Assembly (NCBI GenBank): GCA_011109175.1
Contig: RDEW01000027.1
Span: 515,399 to 579,398 of the forward strand
Direction of reading: 5' to 3'
Length of the DNA stretch: 64,000 nucleotides
Source of the DNA: Dicyema japonicum
Lineage: Eukaryota > Animalia > Dicyemida
The notes under the pieces are model-generated. The model was not told the DNA's origin, did no database searches, and saw only the letters and a program-made list of their open reading frames with translations. Shown here piece after piece: positions 24,181 to 37,880 of this stretch (position 1 is its first letter; each line of letters opens with the position of its first letter). Position numbers and translations under genes: made by a program.

Positions 24181-25044
24181 ATGAAAGAAAATTTTTACCA
24201 GGAAGAAAGCCACATTTAAACCAAGAATATTCAGGCTCTCGATAGTTATCGTAGCAGAGTCCTTCAGGAAAGATCACTTTTCAGATCTTGTCGACAAACA
24301 GATTTCGAAGAAAGATGAATCACCCACATCAGTTTTGCTTCTGTAAACTGATCTTTGAAGTTTCGGCAACGAAACAAAAAACTGGATCTAACATAGATAT
24401 GTTGATAATCTGTCTTTGAGGTGTTGACCAAACAAGACCCTCAAAGGTGGGACAATAAAATGGAGATCTTCCAAAACGGAATCGTATGGGTCTTCGATAG
24501 TACCTTTATCCAGATAATATACATTTAACAGGGAACGCACATAGAGTGCATCATCGACAGTCAGAGCGGTCCAAGCGGGTCAGCCTTGAGTGGATCTAAT
24601 GATTTTAATGGACGCAGAGTATCCAAGGAGGTAGACGCCAAAACTGTCATTACAGGTAAGAAGAGGGAGAGTGGCCCTTGTGTAAAAGCTCTCCAAGATT
24701 TTTAAGCCAATCGGTTCTCTGAGACCTGAGACTGGTATCTGAATTAGGACCCCACTCTGGCTGAGTTTTGAGAGGGCAAAGTAAATCCGAAATCACATGC
24801 TTGTTTAGGAAATCCTAAGCTTGAGCTTTGATGGTGGACAAGATTGATTTGCTAAGCCGATCTGGCGTTTGTGGCCGCCCCAGATCATATGAGGCAAATA
24901 GAAAAAGCATAAACCACTTCCGATTTCCAGATGACACGAAAGTGCCGTTAATGAGACGGTTAAGGCAGGAAGATGTAGTGATTACTGCTGTAATAATTTA
25001 CTTGGTCGAAGTATTCTATCCTGCTTTTTGCTTCCTTTAATTCT

Positions 25045-25250
25045 TTAAAGGGATTATTTAATCCAGTTAACTCAGATGTCCAGTGCCTGGTCGGCGCTAA
25101 AAAGGATCAGTTGCTTTTCTATGGATTTGTAACTGTGATTTTGGACAAACTTATGCTCGAAAGGAATTTTTTTCCTCGAAGGGTACCATAAGAACTACAC
25201 ACTTAATTAGTTGTTAATCTTAACCTCCTCTCGGATTATAAAATAAATTC
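25045..25250 (+). repeat. SINE-like family S2, partial
   Basis: ccagtgcctggtcggcgctaaaaaggatc core and cacttaattagttg..ctcgg tail. Confidence 0.55.
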
Positions 25251-25369
25251 ATATGACGTAATGCAAGTTAACCATGTAGTTAATCTGGTGGTGAGACCCT
25301 CTATTGCACGAAGCGTCTACTGAGCGCATTTTTTTAATTTATTTATTAACCCCGGATACACCGAGAAAG

Positions 25370-25656
25370 AAGTTAAAGTAAACAACTAATTAAGTGTATC
25401 CAGTTTCCACTTGTACAGAAACAGAGTCCATCCGGAATCAGCATAAAGGGTAAGACGTCCATTACATGCAGTTGTGGAAACCCCTCCAGTGGAGTGGGGA
25501 AGAGTAAATGATCCTTTTTCATGCCGGTCTGGTACTGGGGGTCACCTAGACAGATGGATCACATAACGCCACTCTATTAGGAAGAGAGGTGGAACAGACA
25601 AGCAAGCAGAAAATTTAAACTAATTAACCACGCAGCACCACATGGCGCCACGCGGC
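25370..25656 (-). mobile_element. SINE-like family S2, full length
   Basis: Reverse complement aligns end to end with 33054-33345: gccgcgtggc.ccatgtggtgc head, cccagtaccag.ccggca.gaaaaaggatcattt.ctct.cccactccactggaggggtttccacaactgca core, gtggaaactggat tail. Confidence 0.8.
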
Positions 25657-26153
25657 ATGATAGATTTAAGTCTTGTTTTGCATCTTTTTTGTGAGTATGA
25701 CGAGTGACTAACTTGGGAGACATTGTAAACCTTTTTATTAACAAAAAAAGTGTCAACGTAGAATCCTGTTTTGACTCTTTAAGAACTTGAGGATCATCTG
25801 ACAGAAGCTGAACGCATAGGACGATAGTTAACATGACTCTATGTTGGTAATAATATGACGTCATAACAAATGTGACTGTGGTTTAGTAATAGCTGTACCT
25901 TCTGTATGGCTTCCAGGCATGTTTGGAGTTTAATGTCTGATTAAGAAAGTTGAGTTGTTGACTACAGCCAGGATGTCGTGAATTTGGAAAAAACTTTGCA
26001 GATGGCGTAAATTGTGAAACAATAGAATGTTGCTAAAATACGGACGAACTTTAAGAATGTACTTCAAAATTAGAATGATAAATGAATATTTTACTCAAAT
26101 TGATTTTTCGTCCTTCAAATTGACCTTTTCAGCGCAGCACAAATATATAAACG

Positions 26154-26591
26154 TTGATTTTTGAAATGAAAGAAATGCCAGACGATACAAGTCCGAATTG
26201 CTCTTCTTCCAAAAAGACATACAAAAATAGTACTGACGAAATCAAGACTAAAGTTCTCAAAATGCACAACGACTTTGCATCCACTCGGATGATTGCGGAG
26301 GTCAACGATATTAGTGTTTCCTCAGTCCTCAGGATTATCAAGGATCGAAACTCAAATTCTGAATTTATCCGCAAACCTCGTGGAGGGGCCAAGAATATCA
26401 AAGTCACCGCAGAACACAGTCAGTATCTTTTACGGATTTTGAGGAATAATAGTTCTCAAACATTAGACGATCTTAAAAACGAAATCAAACGGAAATTTGA
26501 AATATCCCTGTCCATATCGACCATTAGAAGACACCTTAACTCCATGAAATTTTATTACAAAAATAAAAATTGGCATCTCAATTTGGATTGA
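26154..26591 (+). mobile_element. Tc1/IS630-like transposase N-terminal HTH fragment (no DDE domain found)
   Basis: IAEVNDISVSSVLRII..RKPRGG..LRNNSSQTLDDLKNEIKRKFEISLSISTIRRHLNSMKFYYK. Confidence 0.7.
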
Positions 26592-27124
26592 CGTTGTTGT
26601 TACTAATAAATTATCTTTTAATGTCATCTCAACCATTTTGTTGATATTGCTTATAAAAATGTCAATTTTGCTAATCCCCTTGTTCCTCCTAAAGGTGGAC
26701 TCGTCAAACTTTGTGTTAGATGAGATTCTATTCCAGAGCATAGTGTATTTGATTTGGGGACATTTTTTGCACTAGAGGTACGTCACCACTTCAACCATCC
26801 GACCAAACCACTCTTTCTGGCTCATATGCTCTCAATCCTTAGCTTGCCAAATCCTCGACAACACACGAGTGAGTAAAAACTAATAAATAATTATTGTCTC
26901 CATGGAAATGATGAGTCAATGGGATTTTCATGTCTTTGTCATTTGAACACTTAACCTTGATATTTTCTTAATTAATTGCCTTTATTCCAACGAATATTGT
27001 GTGACTCAAAAAATCTAAAAATTCGATTTTTTAGTCTGGCCAATTAAATAATTTTGATACTCAACATTGAAGGAATCACAACGGTAGCTTTGTGCCTGTC
27101 TCGTAGTCACTACCAAGCAACATA

Positions 27125-27300
27125 ATCCACCTAACTCAGAAGATTTCCAGTGCCTGGCCGGGACGCTAAAAGGATTCTTCTCTTCCCTACTCCAGTAGAG
27201 AGGTTCCTACAATGGCGGATATGGCGTTGGAAAGGGTGCCTCCAAATCTCCGACGGTGGGAACAGGACAAAACCTCATTCAAGAATATCTGGGGTTATTA
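27125..27300 (+). repeat. SINE-like family S2, partial
   Basis: ccagtgcctggccgggacgctaaaaggattc..tactccagtagagaggttcctacaatggc core. Confidence 0.55.
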
Positions 27301-27519
27301 AAAAACGTTGGATAAGTCCTCGAAGTTGGAAGTAGCGGGAGGCACGACTCTATGGCAAAAAAATTTTATGGAGACATGCTAGGTTGGGTCACATTTTAAA
27401 AATGGACCCAAGCACGCTAGCGAATGCCACCACATCATTCTAGCACGCTTGATTTATTTATCTCCTTTATTTCTCGTCCCACATCTAATGAACTTAGAAG
27501 AAATCGGAAATTTTCAATG

Positions 27520-27720
27520 ATACCATACCTGCCGTTTCCTGGATCCCAATTCGGGTTTTGTGCCTGACTCCACCCAACTCATCTTTCAGAACTTACTCGC
27601 GGATGGATTTAATCGTGAGAAATCTCCAGAGCGAACAATTATTGCCTCAACTGACATGAACAAGGTGTTCGGCATACATTAAGAAACATTCTGAATAAGA
27701 AGATCCTCAACACGGCGATC
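27520..27720 (+). pseudogene. Degenerate LINE RT fragment (I/Ingi/Jockey group)
   Basis: SQFGF....LADGFNREKSPERTIIASTDMNKVFG. Confidence 0.55.
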
Positions 27721-28083
27721 CTTTTTCAAATAAAGGTCTAGTTACTCTCTTTTCACTATCATGCGTCCGCTTTTGGTGGTTACTTTCTTGTTCATTTATT
27801 TGCAAAAATCACCGAATACGTGTCCATCAGGTGATCACAGCCTCCTTAAGCAGCCTTTCAATTTTGTTCGGTGTTCGTCCCAAGAACCGACGGTGTTACG
27901 AGTCACTTTTGAGAATTTCGGAAGCTGGTTGATTAACGTGGCGTCATGCGATTCACCTGTTGATGTGGTGGCGCTCAGTGCAGATCTGCAAGGAAAAGAA
28001 CCGTTCGACATTCCATACCCTTCTACGACCTTCAGTAGGGTGGCCTACCAATTTCCCAGTTTTCTCTTTGCTACTTTTGGTTT

Positions 28084-29440
28084 GTGAATAGAACGGATCC
28101 CGACTCTACATTGATTATTCTAAAACTAAATATAAATAGAATCCGCAGTAAAGTCTTGGAACTACGCTCCCACTTATCTCATTTGCCATTATTCAAGAAT
28201 CGAAGCTCTCTAGAACATCCCCCACCCTTTTTTCCTGAATATTGTGTACTTTGCAAGGACCGGACAAGAAGTCTTGGAGGAGGATTATTGACAATCGTTA
28301 AGGATGGACTTACACTTACGGATGTCACCCCATTTGTATCTTCTTTCAGCGAAGGAGATTTTATCTGCAACAGATTCCTATTGAGGCATCCTTTTCTCCG
28401 ACGAGAAGTTTTACACTGTCTATATCCCATCTCATGGGTCGTATACTACTTACTATATCCCCAACCTATCGAGATTATATGGACTAAGGATTGTTGCTAT
28501 GCGGAGACTTAAATGCCAAGCATCCGGTCTGGCTCTGGTCACAATCAGCCGACAATCGCGGAGAGTACATCTTATCTATTAGAATTAACTATTCTCAATA
28601 ATTCAGATGCCCATAATAGGACCTTAATTCAAAGAGAGAACAGTCCAATGTCCCCGGAGTTATCATTGTGTACTCCCTCTCTTTCTGGGTATCTGTCTGA
28701 TGTTCGTTATGGTTTTCAAGCAACCATAACCCAACTGTGTTGAGACTCAAAAGACCTATTTGTTTGCTAAGATGTTCTACAAAGTTCAAGAAATATTCGA
28801 AGGCGGACAGGAGTGGTTTCAGCACGTTTGTGGACAGTCCCTTGAAGACTTTCCTATTGACGAGGCAGCCCAGATATTAACCTCAATAATCCTGAAAGCC
28901 GACATGTTTATCCACACTAGCGTCTTACAAAAACTTTGGCATATATCAAAAAACGGGATGCCTTGAAGAAAACCGGAATGTAATCAGATTACTTTATATC
29001 GTCCATACGCTCTCTCAATTACAGAATTTTCCAACTAATCCGTCAACATAACTTCAGATCAGACCGTTCTACAACGAGTCATCTGGGATGTGCTTCCAGT
29101 TCAGCACAGACGGCTTTAACATGAATACGCACCTATGGACGGTTTTAGTGTCTATCGATATGCAGAAAGCCTTCGACTGTTTCGAGGACACTCCTAACGA
29201 AAAAGATCTTTAATTTAAATTTACACCCGAACATTATGCTATAACTGGAAAATTTCTTAACTACCGACGTGGAAGAGTACGGATTGAACAATTACTTCAA
29301 AATCAAGACTACTCCTAATGGGTCCCACTAGGTTCTCCTTTGTCTCTTCTCCTATTTAACTTTTTTTTATAAACGATTTACCTACTACCAAAGATCACGA
29401 CACTATGTTTTTATCTTACGCAGACGACCAATTAGTTAGT
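28084..29440 (+). pseudogene. Decayed APE-RT LINE (I/Ingi/Jockey group)
   Basis: LIILKLNINRIRSK..GGGLLTIVK (APE); TVLVSIDMQKAFD, LGSPLSLLLFN and YADD (RT), with many frameshifts. Confidence 0.75.
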
Positions 29441-30292
29441 AGGAAGAATCAAAACCAGGACCAATTGCTACAGTATGATATCCTATATAAGATACTCGGT
29501 CATCATATCAATTACGATATCAGAGGTTAGTCAAATACATCATATCAGATATGTGAAGGATATTGCTGAGACCTTGGACATTCGGCTCCGGATATTTCTC
29601 CTCTTGGATGGATCAGAGTTTTGGTAACCCTCGCCTAACCACTTGGCTATATTATCGATCAAATCCTTTCCAGACCACCAATGAAACTAAGAGACTTGTG
29701 AGAGTGCCCAGCACTCTCAGCTGAACGCTTGATGGCAGCCGGCTAGTAGGCCGGGGTAATCAACTGAGACCCGGGAGTATGTTTTGTATACTATGGACTG
29801 TATCTTATTGAGCCGAAAAACAAAAATGATCTATAGAAGACTGAATACTGCAAAGGGATACATTAAAAGTTAAAAGCATTATAGAGAAGAATGACGTTAG
29901 CATAGATTCGATTACAGTGACCTAATTTTATAAAATCAATAAATTTAATTTGACCTAATTTTATAAAATCAATAAATTAAAAAATATTTAAAAAAATTAA
30001 TTAAAACCATAATTCTAAACTTACCAAGTGATGGATTCATGAAACATCAGAAATCTAAAGTTCTCAACAAAGTTTATAATGCTCTTAGTACCCGGGTTCT
30101 AATCTCGTACAGCCCAAAATTGAATAAACTCAAAAGTCAGAAACTGTACGTATAGGATGTTAGTGATAATAAACTTATAATCAGCTTTAATTTCAAAATG
30201 AAATAATTAACCCCGAAACACGTCACCGTGACGATGTGAATGACTTATTAATAATGTTACAGCGTCGATATTAAGAATTTATTTCGTAGCCG

Positions 30293-31499
30293 ATGGACCC
30301 ATTTCTGACTGAATCACAGGAAAATGAACTTTCATCCATTGCTAATAATCTTGTATCGGGTGGACGTGGGATTCTAGCCGCGGATGAAAGCTCTGGAACT
30401 ATTGGAAAGCGGTTTGAATTTATCAAATTGGATAATTGTGAAGAGAATAGACGTGCATATCGCCAGCTTCTCTTCAAAACGTCAGGAGAATTAAAAAACT
30501 ATATTTCTGGGGTCATCATGTTCGATGAAACATTCTGGCAAAAATCCGACGACGGAATATCATTCCCTGAACTCCTCAAACAAAACGGGATTATGACTGG
30601 AATTAAGCTTGACTTGGGGGTCATTCCAATAAACAATGATGAGACCACCACCCAAGGTTATAAAGAGAGATCAATTTATAGGCTTTGACAATTTGGACCA
30701 GAGGTGTAAAAATTATAAGCTGAATGGTGCTAGCTTTGCGAAATGGCGCTGTGTTCTCAAAATCAGTGGGACAACTCCTTCTGACCTCGCAATACAATTT
30801 AACAGTTCTGTTTTGGCTTGGTATGCCAAAATATGTCAGAGAGTAAGATTGACGATCGATATTTTTAGAATGGAACTCGTACCCATAGTAGAACCTGAAA
30901 TTCTTTGTGATGGGGACCATTCTCTCCAACGATGCGAGTCTGTGACAACGAGGGTTATTTCCGTATTTAGCTTTAGGTATTATCATGCGTTTACAGGGCC
31001 TTAAACGACCATAGTGTGTTTTTGGAAGGAACTCTGTTAAAACCTAACATGGTTACTTCAGGAATTCATTCAGTTCCTCAATCGACTCCAGCTCAAAACG
31101 CGACTGCCACTCTACGGACTCTATCAAGAACTGTCCCATCAGCTGTTCCTGGTTTCTCATCTCTGTTATGAAAGGGATTGTCTTCCTTTCTGGCGGATAC
31201 TCCGAATTTGCTGCGACGCAAATTTTAAATGAGATCAATAAACAAGCTAACAGTAATCGAAGAATATATCCATGGGCTTTGTCCTTTTCTTATGGACGAG
31301 CTCTTCAGTCCTCGGTTATCAAAGCATGGGATGGCAAACAAGAGAATGTATCCAACGCTTCAAAAAAGCTCTTAGACCGCGCAAAGGTTATCTATTTATT
31401 GACAGTCAGGCATGCAGTGAGGCAAGCCAGGGAGTATTTTCTTCTTCTGCTGATGAATCATCTAAAGAGAGTCTCTTCGTAGCTAAACATGTATACTAA
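30293..31499 (+). CDS. ALDO: Fructose-bisphosphate aldolase, class I
   Basis: [47 protein letters not shown]-terminal Y; introns of 25, 26, 20, 23 and 23 nt (first 30657-30681, third 30977-30996); one extra A at 30874-30875. Confidence 0.97.
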
Positions 31500-33053
31500 C
31501 CTTCTCTACTCTCAACTAATCATTAAAATAATAAAAATTTCACCGTTATATTTTTGGTTATATTAATTACTTTATTTTACATATTTTGTTCTAATTATTA
31601 TTATTAACCCAAGAACACCAATAGTTAATTTAATTACTAATAAATAAATCTCAAAGGCCTCAATCAGATTTCTCATTTTCTCCTCGTGCGCCTTCTGGGA
31701 TCCAACACAACTTCTCTGTGGGCGGGGTGGTTCGGAGAATAGGAAATGGAGAGGGGTGATATATACCCTTATCATAAGACACGTCGTGGCTGTGTATTGT
31801 TGAGAGTTGCACTCCCTGCTCAGGGTAGCAAATCCCTTTCCATTTTGTCAGAATAGGTCTTCAAGTAATGAGGGTATTAGTTTTTCTAGTTTCCCGAGAT
31901 TACTAATAGTAGTGGTTGTTAAGGCATGGATGTCACGGATTCTTTGTTTGTTTGTTCTAATCATTATAACACATGTGTATGAGTCCTTCATTGGAATAAA
32001 TTTTAGGACATTTAAATTTTTAGATGTGGAGTGGGAATTGGGTGTGTCACAATATATTTTATGCAAGCCTCATATCATCACGTCAATCCTTATTTATTCA
32101 AGCCTCACTAATAAAGGGGGACCTTCAAGTGCCCATTCCTCAAAGAAAGTAGAGAACCCAAATCAGAGAACATAATCTCCACGTGTTTTAAGCTGGTCGG
32201 AGGAGATGGAAAGATTCGAATTTTATATGTAATCGTGACTGCTTATTTAATCCTCAGAACACAACGAAGCTGTTAAACTTACCAAATTAACTGATATCGG
32301 CATTCGTTGCAAAGATTCTATGCGTTCTCACGAAGCTGTTCTTTTAGGAGGATTTTTATAGTCCTGGGTCTTGTTCTACTTACGGGACTTAACTAATTCC
32401 TGCTGGTTTGCTCATTAAAGAGGTGAAGAAACTGGCTTGATTTGTCATTGAAAAAGATTTTTCTATGATGGACTGTTGTGGCAACATCATGCGTACTCGA
32501 CCACCTGGATTAAGGGTAGCATGCTTTGATCGTGTTTTACTATGATAGCGTGTAAAAGATTGCTGACCACACCCAGTCTTGATGTCTTATACCTGTAAAT
32601 GGGGAACTTTGGATGAGACTGGTACAAAGGATAGCCGGGGAGGCACAAGGGAACTTTAATTGGTTTTTTAATTTTATGTGTTCTCGGCGGTGCCGATAAT
32701 AATAACCGTTAAAGGCAGCAATTAAGTCATTTGCGGTCTGCCTCGATATCTTTATGGTTGATATAAGTAAGTTTCTACCGTTAGCCTGAGTTATGATGCA
32801 CAAACTTAGGTCATGACCAAAGAGTTTCCATGTGCAGGAAACAGCTTCATTATTGGGTAAAAAACAGTTATGCTAACTAATCGTTGAAGGGAGTAAAGAC
32901 CAAGATCACTGTTAAACCAGAACCGACGCAGCCAAGTGCCGCCCTCAGCTCGGTGCGGTATTCCTCCATCGATTCAAATGGCTGAGGAACTGCCCGAACT
33001 CGATAGAAAGGCAAAGTACCTCCATTCTGCCGAATTCCTATTCTGTGATGTTA

Positions 33054-33345
33054 GCCGCGTGGCACCATGTGGTGCTTCGTGGCTGATTGGTTGAAGTCTC
33101 TGTTTGTTCGTATGTTCTTGCTCTCTCTTCCTATTAGAGTGGCGTCATGTGATCCACCCGTCTAGGTGGCGCCCAGTACCAGGCCGGCACGAAAAAGGAT
33201 CATTTGCTCTCCCCACTCCACTGGAGGGGTTTCCACAACTGCAAGTATGGACGACTTTTACCCTTTATGTTGATTCCGAATGGACTCTCTGTAGAAGTGG
33301 AAACTGGATGCACGCCGAATTAAAGCCTCCATAGGTGTCGGTTTC
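33054..33345 (+). mobile_element. SINE-like family S2, full length
   Basis: End-to-end homology to 25370-25656; 5' hairpin GCCGCG/CGTGGC enclosing GCACCA/TGGTGC. Confidence 0.8.
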
Positions 33346-33460
33346 GACTGATAAAAAATATTTACACAAAAATGTGCAAACTAGATTATTTATTAAAATT
33401 ATATATTAGAAGTAAAAAATATTATATTATTTTAAAAATTAATTTAAGTGTCAATTAATA

Positions 33461-35110
33461 ATGCCCGCCGCTTTATCTTGTTACAAATTACAAGAAAAAG
33501 ATAAGTTTATAAATTCCAGCGAAGATGGTTTATTTATAAGTAATATTACAAGCTAAATGCATTTATGACGAAATATGTCAAAAACGTGACAAGCTAGAAG
33601 CAATCTGCCTCTCTGGGTGTTCATTTGGAGTTAAAGCTTGTGAAGAAATCTCCAAGGCTGTCAGACAGTGCAAGTCGCTAAAAGTCGATAATTCATAATA
33701 TTCAGATTTTTGACATCTCCAACATATTCACTAGTCGTTCTGGGGAGGAAAATACGTTATCCCTAACCCACTTTAGTGGTGCTCTCTCAACACTCGAATC
33801 ACTGGAGGAATTAACCTTTCTGACAACGCCATTGGTCCCATAGCTATGCCTGCTCTTGAGGAATTCATTAAATCGCAAAATTTCCCAAAACTGAGGATTC
33901 TCAACCTCGGCAACACTGGCCTCGGACCACTGGGATCTGAGGTATGACTTGATATAACCATAGATTCTCTTTAATTACTGGCCAAAAAACATAGTTTGTG
34001 ATTTGGAGACCCTCGTAGTTTCGAGGAACAGACTTGGTAATGTTGGGGCTTCTCAGATTGCCAAAATCGTCAGGGTACCAGTATTCATGATTTATAGATT
34101 CTGGTGAAACTGCGAAATATTCAACTTGAGGGAAACTCAATATTTGATGAGGGAATAATCGCCATAGCAAGGTCACTATTGGAGGTGTCACAGTCTATTG
34201 AGCACGTGGACATATCAGACAACGTAATGCATGAAAGTGGCACTCTTACCTTCTCACTTGTAGTATTTGTGTGTGTATTAAGGCATTGGCCTGCATGAAT
34301 AAGTTAAAGTATCTCAATATTAGCGATAACTTTGTTCGCTCTGCCATATCTACTGTGGGATATGCTATCTCCCATAGTGGCCATAGACTGGACGTCTTCA
34401 TGGCTAATAATTGTCAAATTATGAGGGAGAGCATGGGAGAGTTTATAGATTGTATAATATCTGACTCTTCGAAGGAGGATAAACGATTCTCTAACAAAAT
34501 TGAATTGAATGGGAATGAATTTGGCTGTGAGGGGATACAGACTATAAAGAAACGGTTGGTTTATGAAGTGGGGTTCACTAGTGGACAGATTGGGTCATTC
34601 TCGTTTGTCTTGGTGTTACTTTAGAGAGGACGAGCTTGAATGTGACGAACCAGAGAAAGTACTCCCAGTCTTTGATCCTAATAATGCCCGTTTGTGTATT
34701 CTAAGAGAGTGTTTCTGTGTTGACTATTCGCAAATAGTCCAAGATCTGTGCAGTATGTAATGATTTAATTATGATAGACAGATTATTGGTGGACTTATTA
34801 CCACAATATTCTTATAGTCGAGCGGTAAGGAATGCAGAGTCCATTTTAGTGATGCCCAGGCTTATTAAGGTTGGGTTGTTAGTGATTGAAGTCTGAGGGT
34901 GAATTATTACCTGCAGTCTCTGCTGATGCCTTTTATAGAGTTGTCAGTAATGCTATCAGAGATAATGTCATTCCTGATCACGTTTTGCCTGTATTCCAAA
35001 TATTCTTACAAAAGTATATATTTTGGGTTAGTTGTAGGAATAGAACCAAGTTTATGATGGCTGACGACCTCTCAGAAATTGTCGGGAGATTCAGTAGTCT
35101 ACACATTTAA
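33461..35110 (+). CDS. RANGAP1: Ran GTPase-activating protein 1
   Basis: LRRs: FINSSEDAK, SGCSFGVKAC, SNIFTSR, LSDNAIGP, LGNTGLG, VSRNRLGNVGA, LNGNEFG; short acidic patch; C-terminal LIK/SE domain; nine introns of 22-25 nt; one missing A at about 33810. Confidence 0.92.
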
Positions 35111-35289
35111 CTCTTTAATCGTTCTATTAATTATTCTTAATAGTTTGTTAGAGTCACTTTCTCGGATCCCGTAAACACTACTTAAGTTTTGCTTATGTCC
35201 CATTGGCTATTATCTTTTAGGTAGTTTCTTGTGTGTACGACATATAGACTGAGTATGATAGGAGAGGAGATTATCAAAAAGGTGTATCA

Positions 35290-35745
35290 CTCTGTCAGAA
35301 AATCATTATTGCTCACATACGTAACTTGAGTCATGATTTTCTCGTAGCTAGAGCAGGTCCGCCGGTACTTTTTTCGATAAGACGCTCTATGTTGCGATTT
35401 TTCAAAGAGAGTTTGGGCACTTTGCTTTTTCTAGCTACATTTTTGAATATCTTAGGTCTTCTTGAAATAGTTTCTATCTCAGTCGTCCTCGAAGTACGCT
35501 TCCATCACATCGTTGGCAGGTACCATTGGATCCATTCTGTGGATAAGCCAAACAGTCCTCCCCTTATTGTATTTTCAAGGTGTTTGCACATCCGTCACTT
35601 TTGCTGATCTCTCTTATAGGTATCTTTAAAAACATACGTAGATGTTTTAAGTTTCCAATTTCTCACATTGTACCCGACCCATCCCCCACAATCATACAAC
35701 AATATAGGGAGAACAAATGCACAAACAAATAGGCGTAATAACAGC
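35290..35745 (-). pseudogene. Degenerate RTE 3' region
   Basis: LRLF..AFVLPI..YDCG and LFG..HRMDPMVPANDVMEAYF (cf. VPANIAMENYL in the intact RTE). Confidence 0.6.
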
Positions 35746-35746
35746 A

Positions 35747-36386
35747 TTAAACGTCAATAATCATTCCATTGACAGATTCCCAGTAATCCTTTGACATTAA
35801 ATCTGACAGCTCTCTCTTGGTCTTCCACATTCCGTTAGTTCCGTTATTATCACGTGCCTTCAAAAGTGCCTTCATCACAAATATCTTGATCAAACATTCT
35901 GATACCTTACTTCCCATTCCATTTTCTTCAATGACGGTGTGAACGGAGTAAGGAGCATTTCCCATCACCAATGTCGCACGTGGATCAGGAAACAAGGATA
36001 GAAGACATCTTTCAGCGGCCAGGGAATAAAGTGTTACACAAACCTGTCGAAGGGTTTCTCTATCGTTATTCTCCACAGAAGGAAAAGTCACGTGGGTGGC
36101 ATCCTTCTCCTTAGTAATAAAGAACTTCTTAAAGGAATCAGTCACTTCAGTACTTTCTCGATTATAAAAAAATAAAAACCATTCAAGTTGTATTTTTCGG
36201 TAAACTCAGTCATCTCAGAATTCCATTGATCCTCGAGGTCCATGTTGGTGACAATCTCCTCAAACTTTTCCTCCTGAGTTTGATTACGCAATATTTTCCT
36301 AAAATAAAGGGAGGCCCAAACTCTTGCGCGGATTTTTTAATTTCAAAATCACAAAGCAGACTGTCATCAAGTTCTAGTCGTGCCAT
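35747..36386 (-). CDS. Hypothetical protein with two 23-nt introns; 3' end runs into an RTE remnant
   Basis: Removing gtttgggcc..ttttag and gtttttatt..tcgag gives an open frame MARLELDDSLL..QEKILRNQTQEEKFEE..TDSFKKFF..; no family recognised. Confidence 0.45.
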
Positions 36387-37194
36387 AATATTTGATAAAT
36401 TTCGCTGATGTTTAGTTGGCTGTGGAATTATTAGAGGACTCTTTTCTAAGCAAACCGCTGTCACTATTCTCCACTTTTTATTTGCCAAAATGCTACAACT
36501 TCTCCTCACGTGAGACAACATTTTTTAAATATAATAAAATAAATTATTTTTTGTTTTATCTATTTAAGACTCATTGGAGTTCATGGCTTCTGTGTGTGGC
36601 AAGACGTCCGAGGTTCCTCCGTGTAGACAAGACTTACTCTTATCCTACGGATTCCAGAAAATCCGATTGCAAATTTGCTAGGGCATATTCGTCTCAGGAT
36701 GGATGAGATGACACTAAAGCATTTGTGGACGCGCTCAACATTCTAGGTTTGATGGCAGTCAGCCTCTCACATTTTTGTGAGGTATGGGTAACAACTAGCT
36801 TATTGCTGCAATGGAAGTCACGTTGAACCTGAAGGAGTCGAGAAGCTATGGTATTTCTTTCCTTTAGCCTCCTTCACTTTTCCGAGTGAATTATGTTAGT
36901 AGGAGATAGAGAGTCGACGCATGCAGTGCCCATACTAGTGGCTTCCTTTTCTCGAATGGAAAGATTGGTCATAGCTTTCGTGGCACATCTCGTAATGTAA
37001 ATGCCATTTCCAATTACCACTCACAAGAGCCATATGCAGCAAAAAACAGAATTTCAGATGTAATCATCCTCAAGTTTTTTCGACTTTTAACATTTTTATT
37101 ATTGTTGGCAACCAAGAAACGAGCACGTCACCACATCACCAAACTAATTTTGTGAAGTCCTATTCGTAGAGGTTTAATAATGTTTTACTAAAAC

Positions 37195-37390
37195 CTCCAC
37201 GTGGGCAGGATATGAAATTTTATTTAAGTAGATAAGAACAGTTATGCTAATTAATAAAAAGGGCCAAGACATTAGGAATGTTCCAAACTTCTTTTTTGAT
37301 TTGTGTCACTCGTCAAACCTGGAGGCGTTGTAGATGCGTGTAACTTTCAGTCACAATGAACAGCAGGGAGATTCGAATAAAAGAGTATCT
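37195..37390 (-). mobile_element. SINE S1, degenerate copy
   Basis: Reverse complement has attcgaatctccctgctgttca, cacgcatctac, tttgacgagtgac and ataactgttcttatctacttaaataaa. Confidence 0.6.
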
Positions 37391-37399
37391 GAACCACGA

Positions 37400-37740
37400 A
37401 TATACCGGAAAGTGATTGAGAGTTAATTAACGTCTAATTAAGGTATATCCAGTTCCTACGGTCGGAATGAAACGCATTTTGTCTAAGCATAACGTCCATC
37501 CATAGGGGAACCTCTCTAGTTGAGTTTGGAAGAGATAGATCTTTTGTGAATGTCGGTCGGGTATTGGTAAAATCAACTGACTACTCTTAGGGGTAAGAAA
37601 CACAAATCAAAACTGAATCCTCCACCGGGCGGTGGAAGATAGCAGTGTGGAAATCGGACCCCCAGCTAATCGCAACAACACTAATAATTATGTGTCTCCA
37701 GAGGGAAGGAAGAGAAATCTTCAATCACATGGCACCACAT
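37400..37740 (-). repeat. SINE-like family S2, degenerate copy
   Basis: Head remnant cacatggcaccaca; core acgtccatccataggggaacctctctagt; tail ttaaggtatatccagtt. Confidence 0.5.
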
Positions 37741-37880
37741 TAATACAAATATTTAGGTTATCATCCTAGTTTTCCTATTTTTAAAGTTTCATAAATAAGT
37801 AAATAAAAATCAAATTTTAAAATAATTAATTTTATTATTTTAAATAATATAAATTCTTAGGTACATCGTTGGAAAGTAAA

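Noticed and set aside
26463-26741. Minus-strand FDESTF...DN as the DDE domain of the adjacent Tc1-like fragment
   Set aside because: Wrong strand, and the spacing between the acidic residues is far too short.
36584-36900. Possible micro-intron gene with an in-frame TGA (SQDG*DDTKAFVDALNILG), candidate selenoprotein
   Set aside because: No recognisable family, no SECIS identified, and several incompatible splice solutions; cannot be supported by eye.
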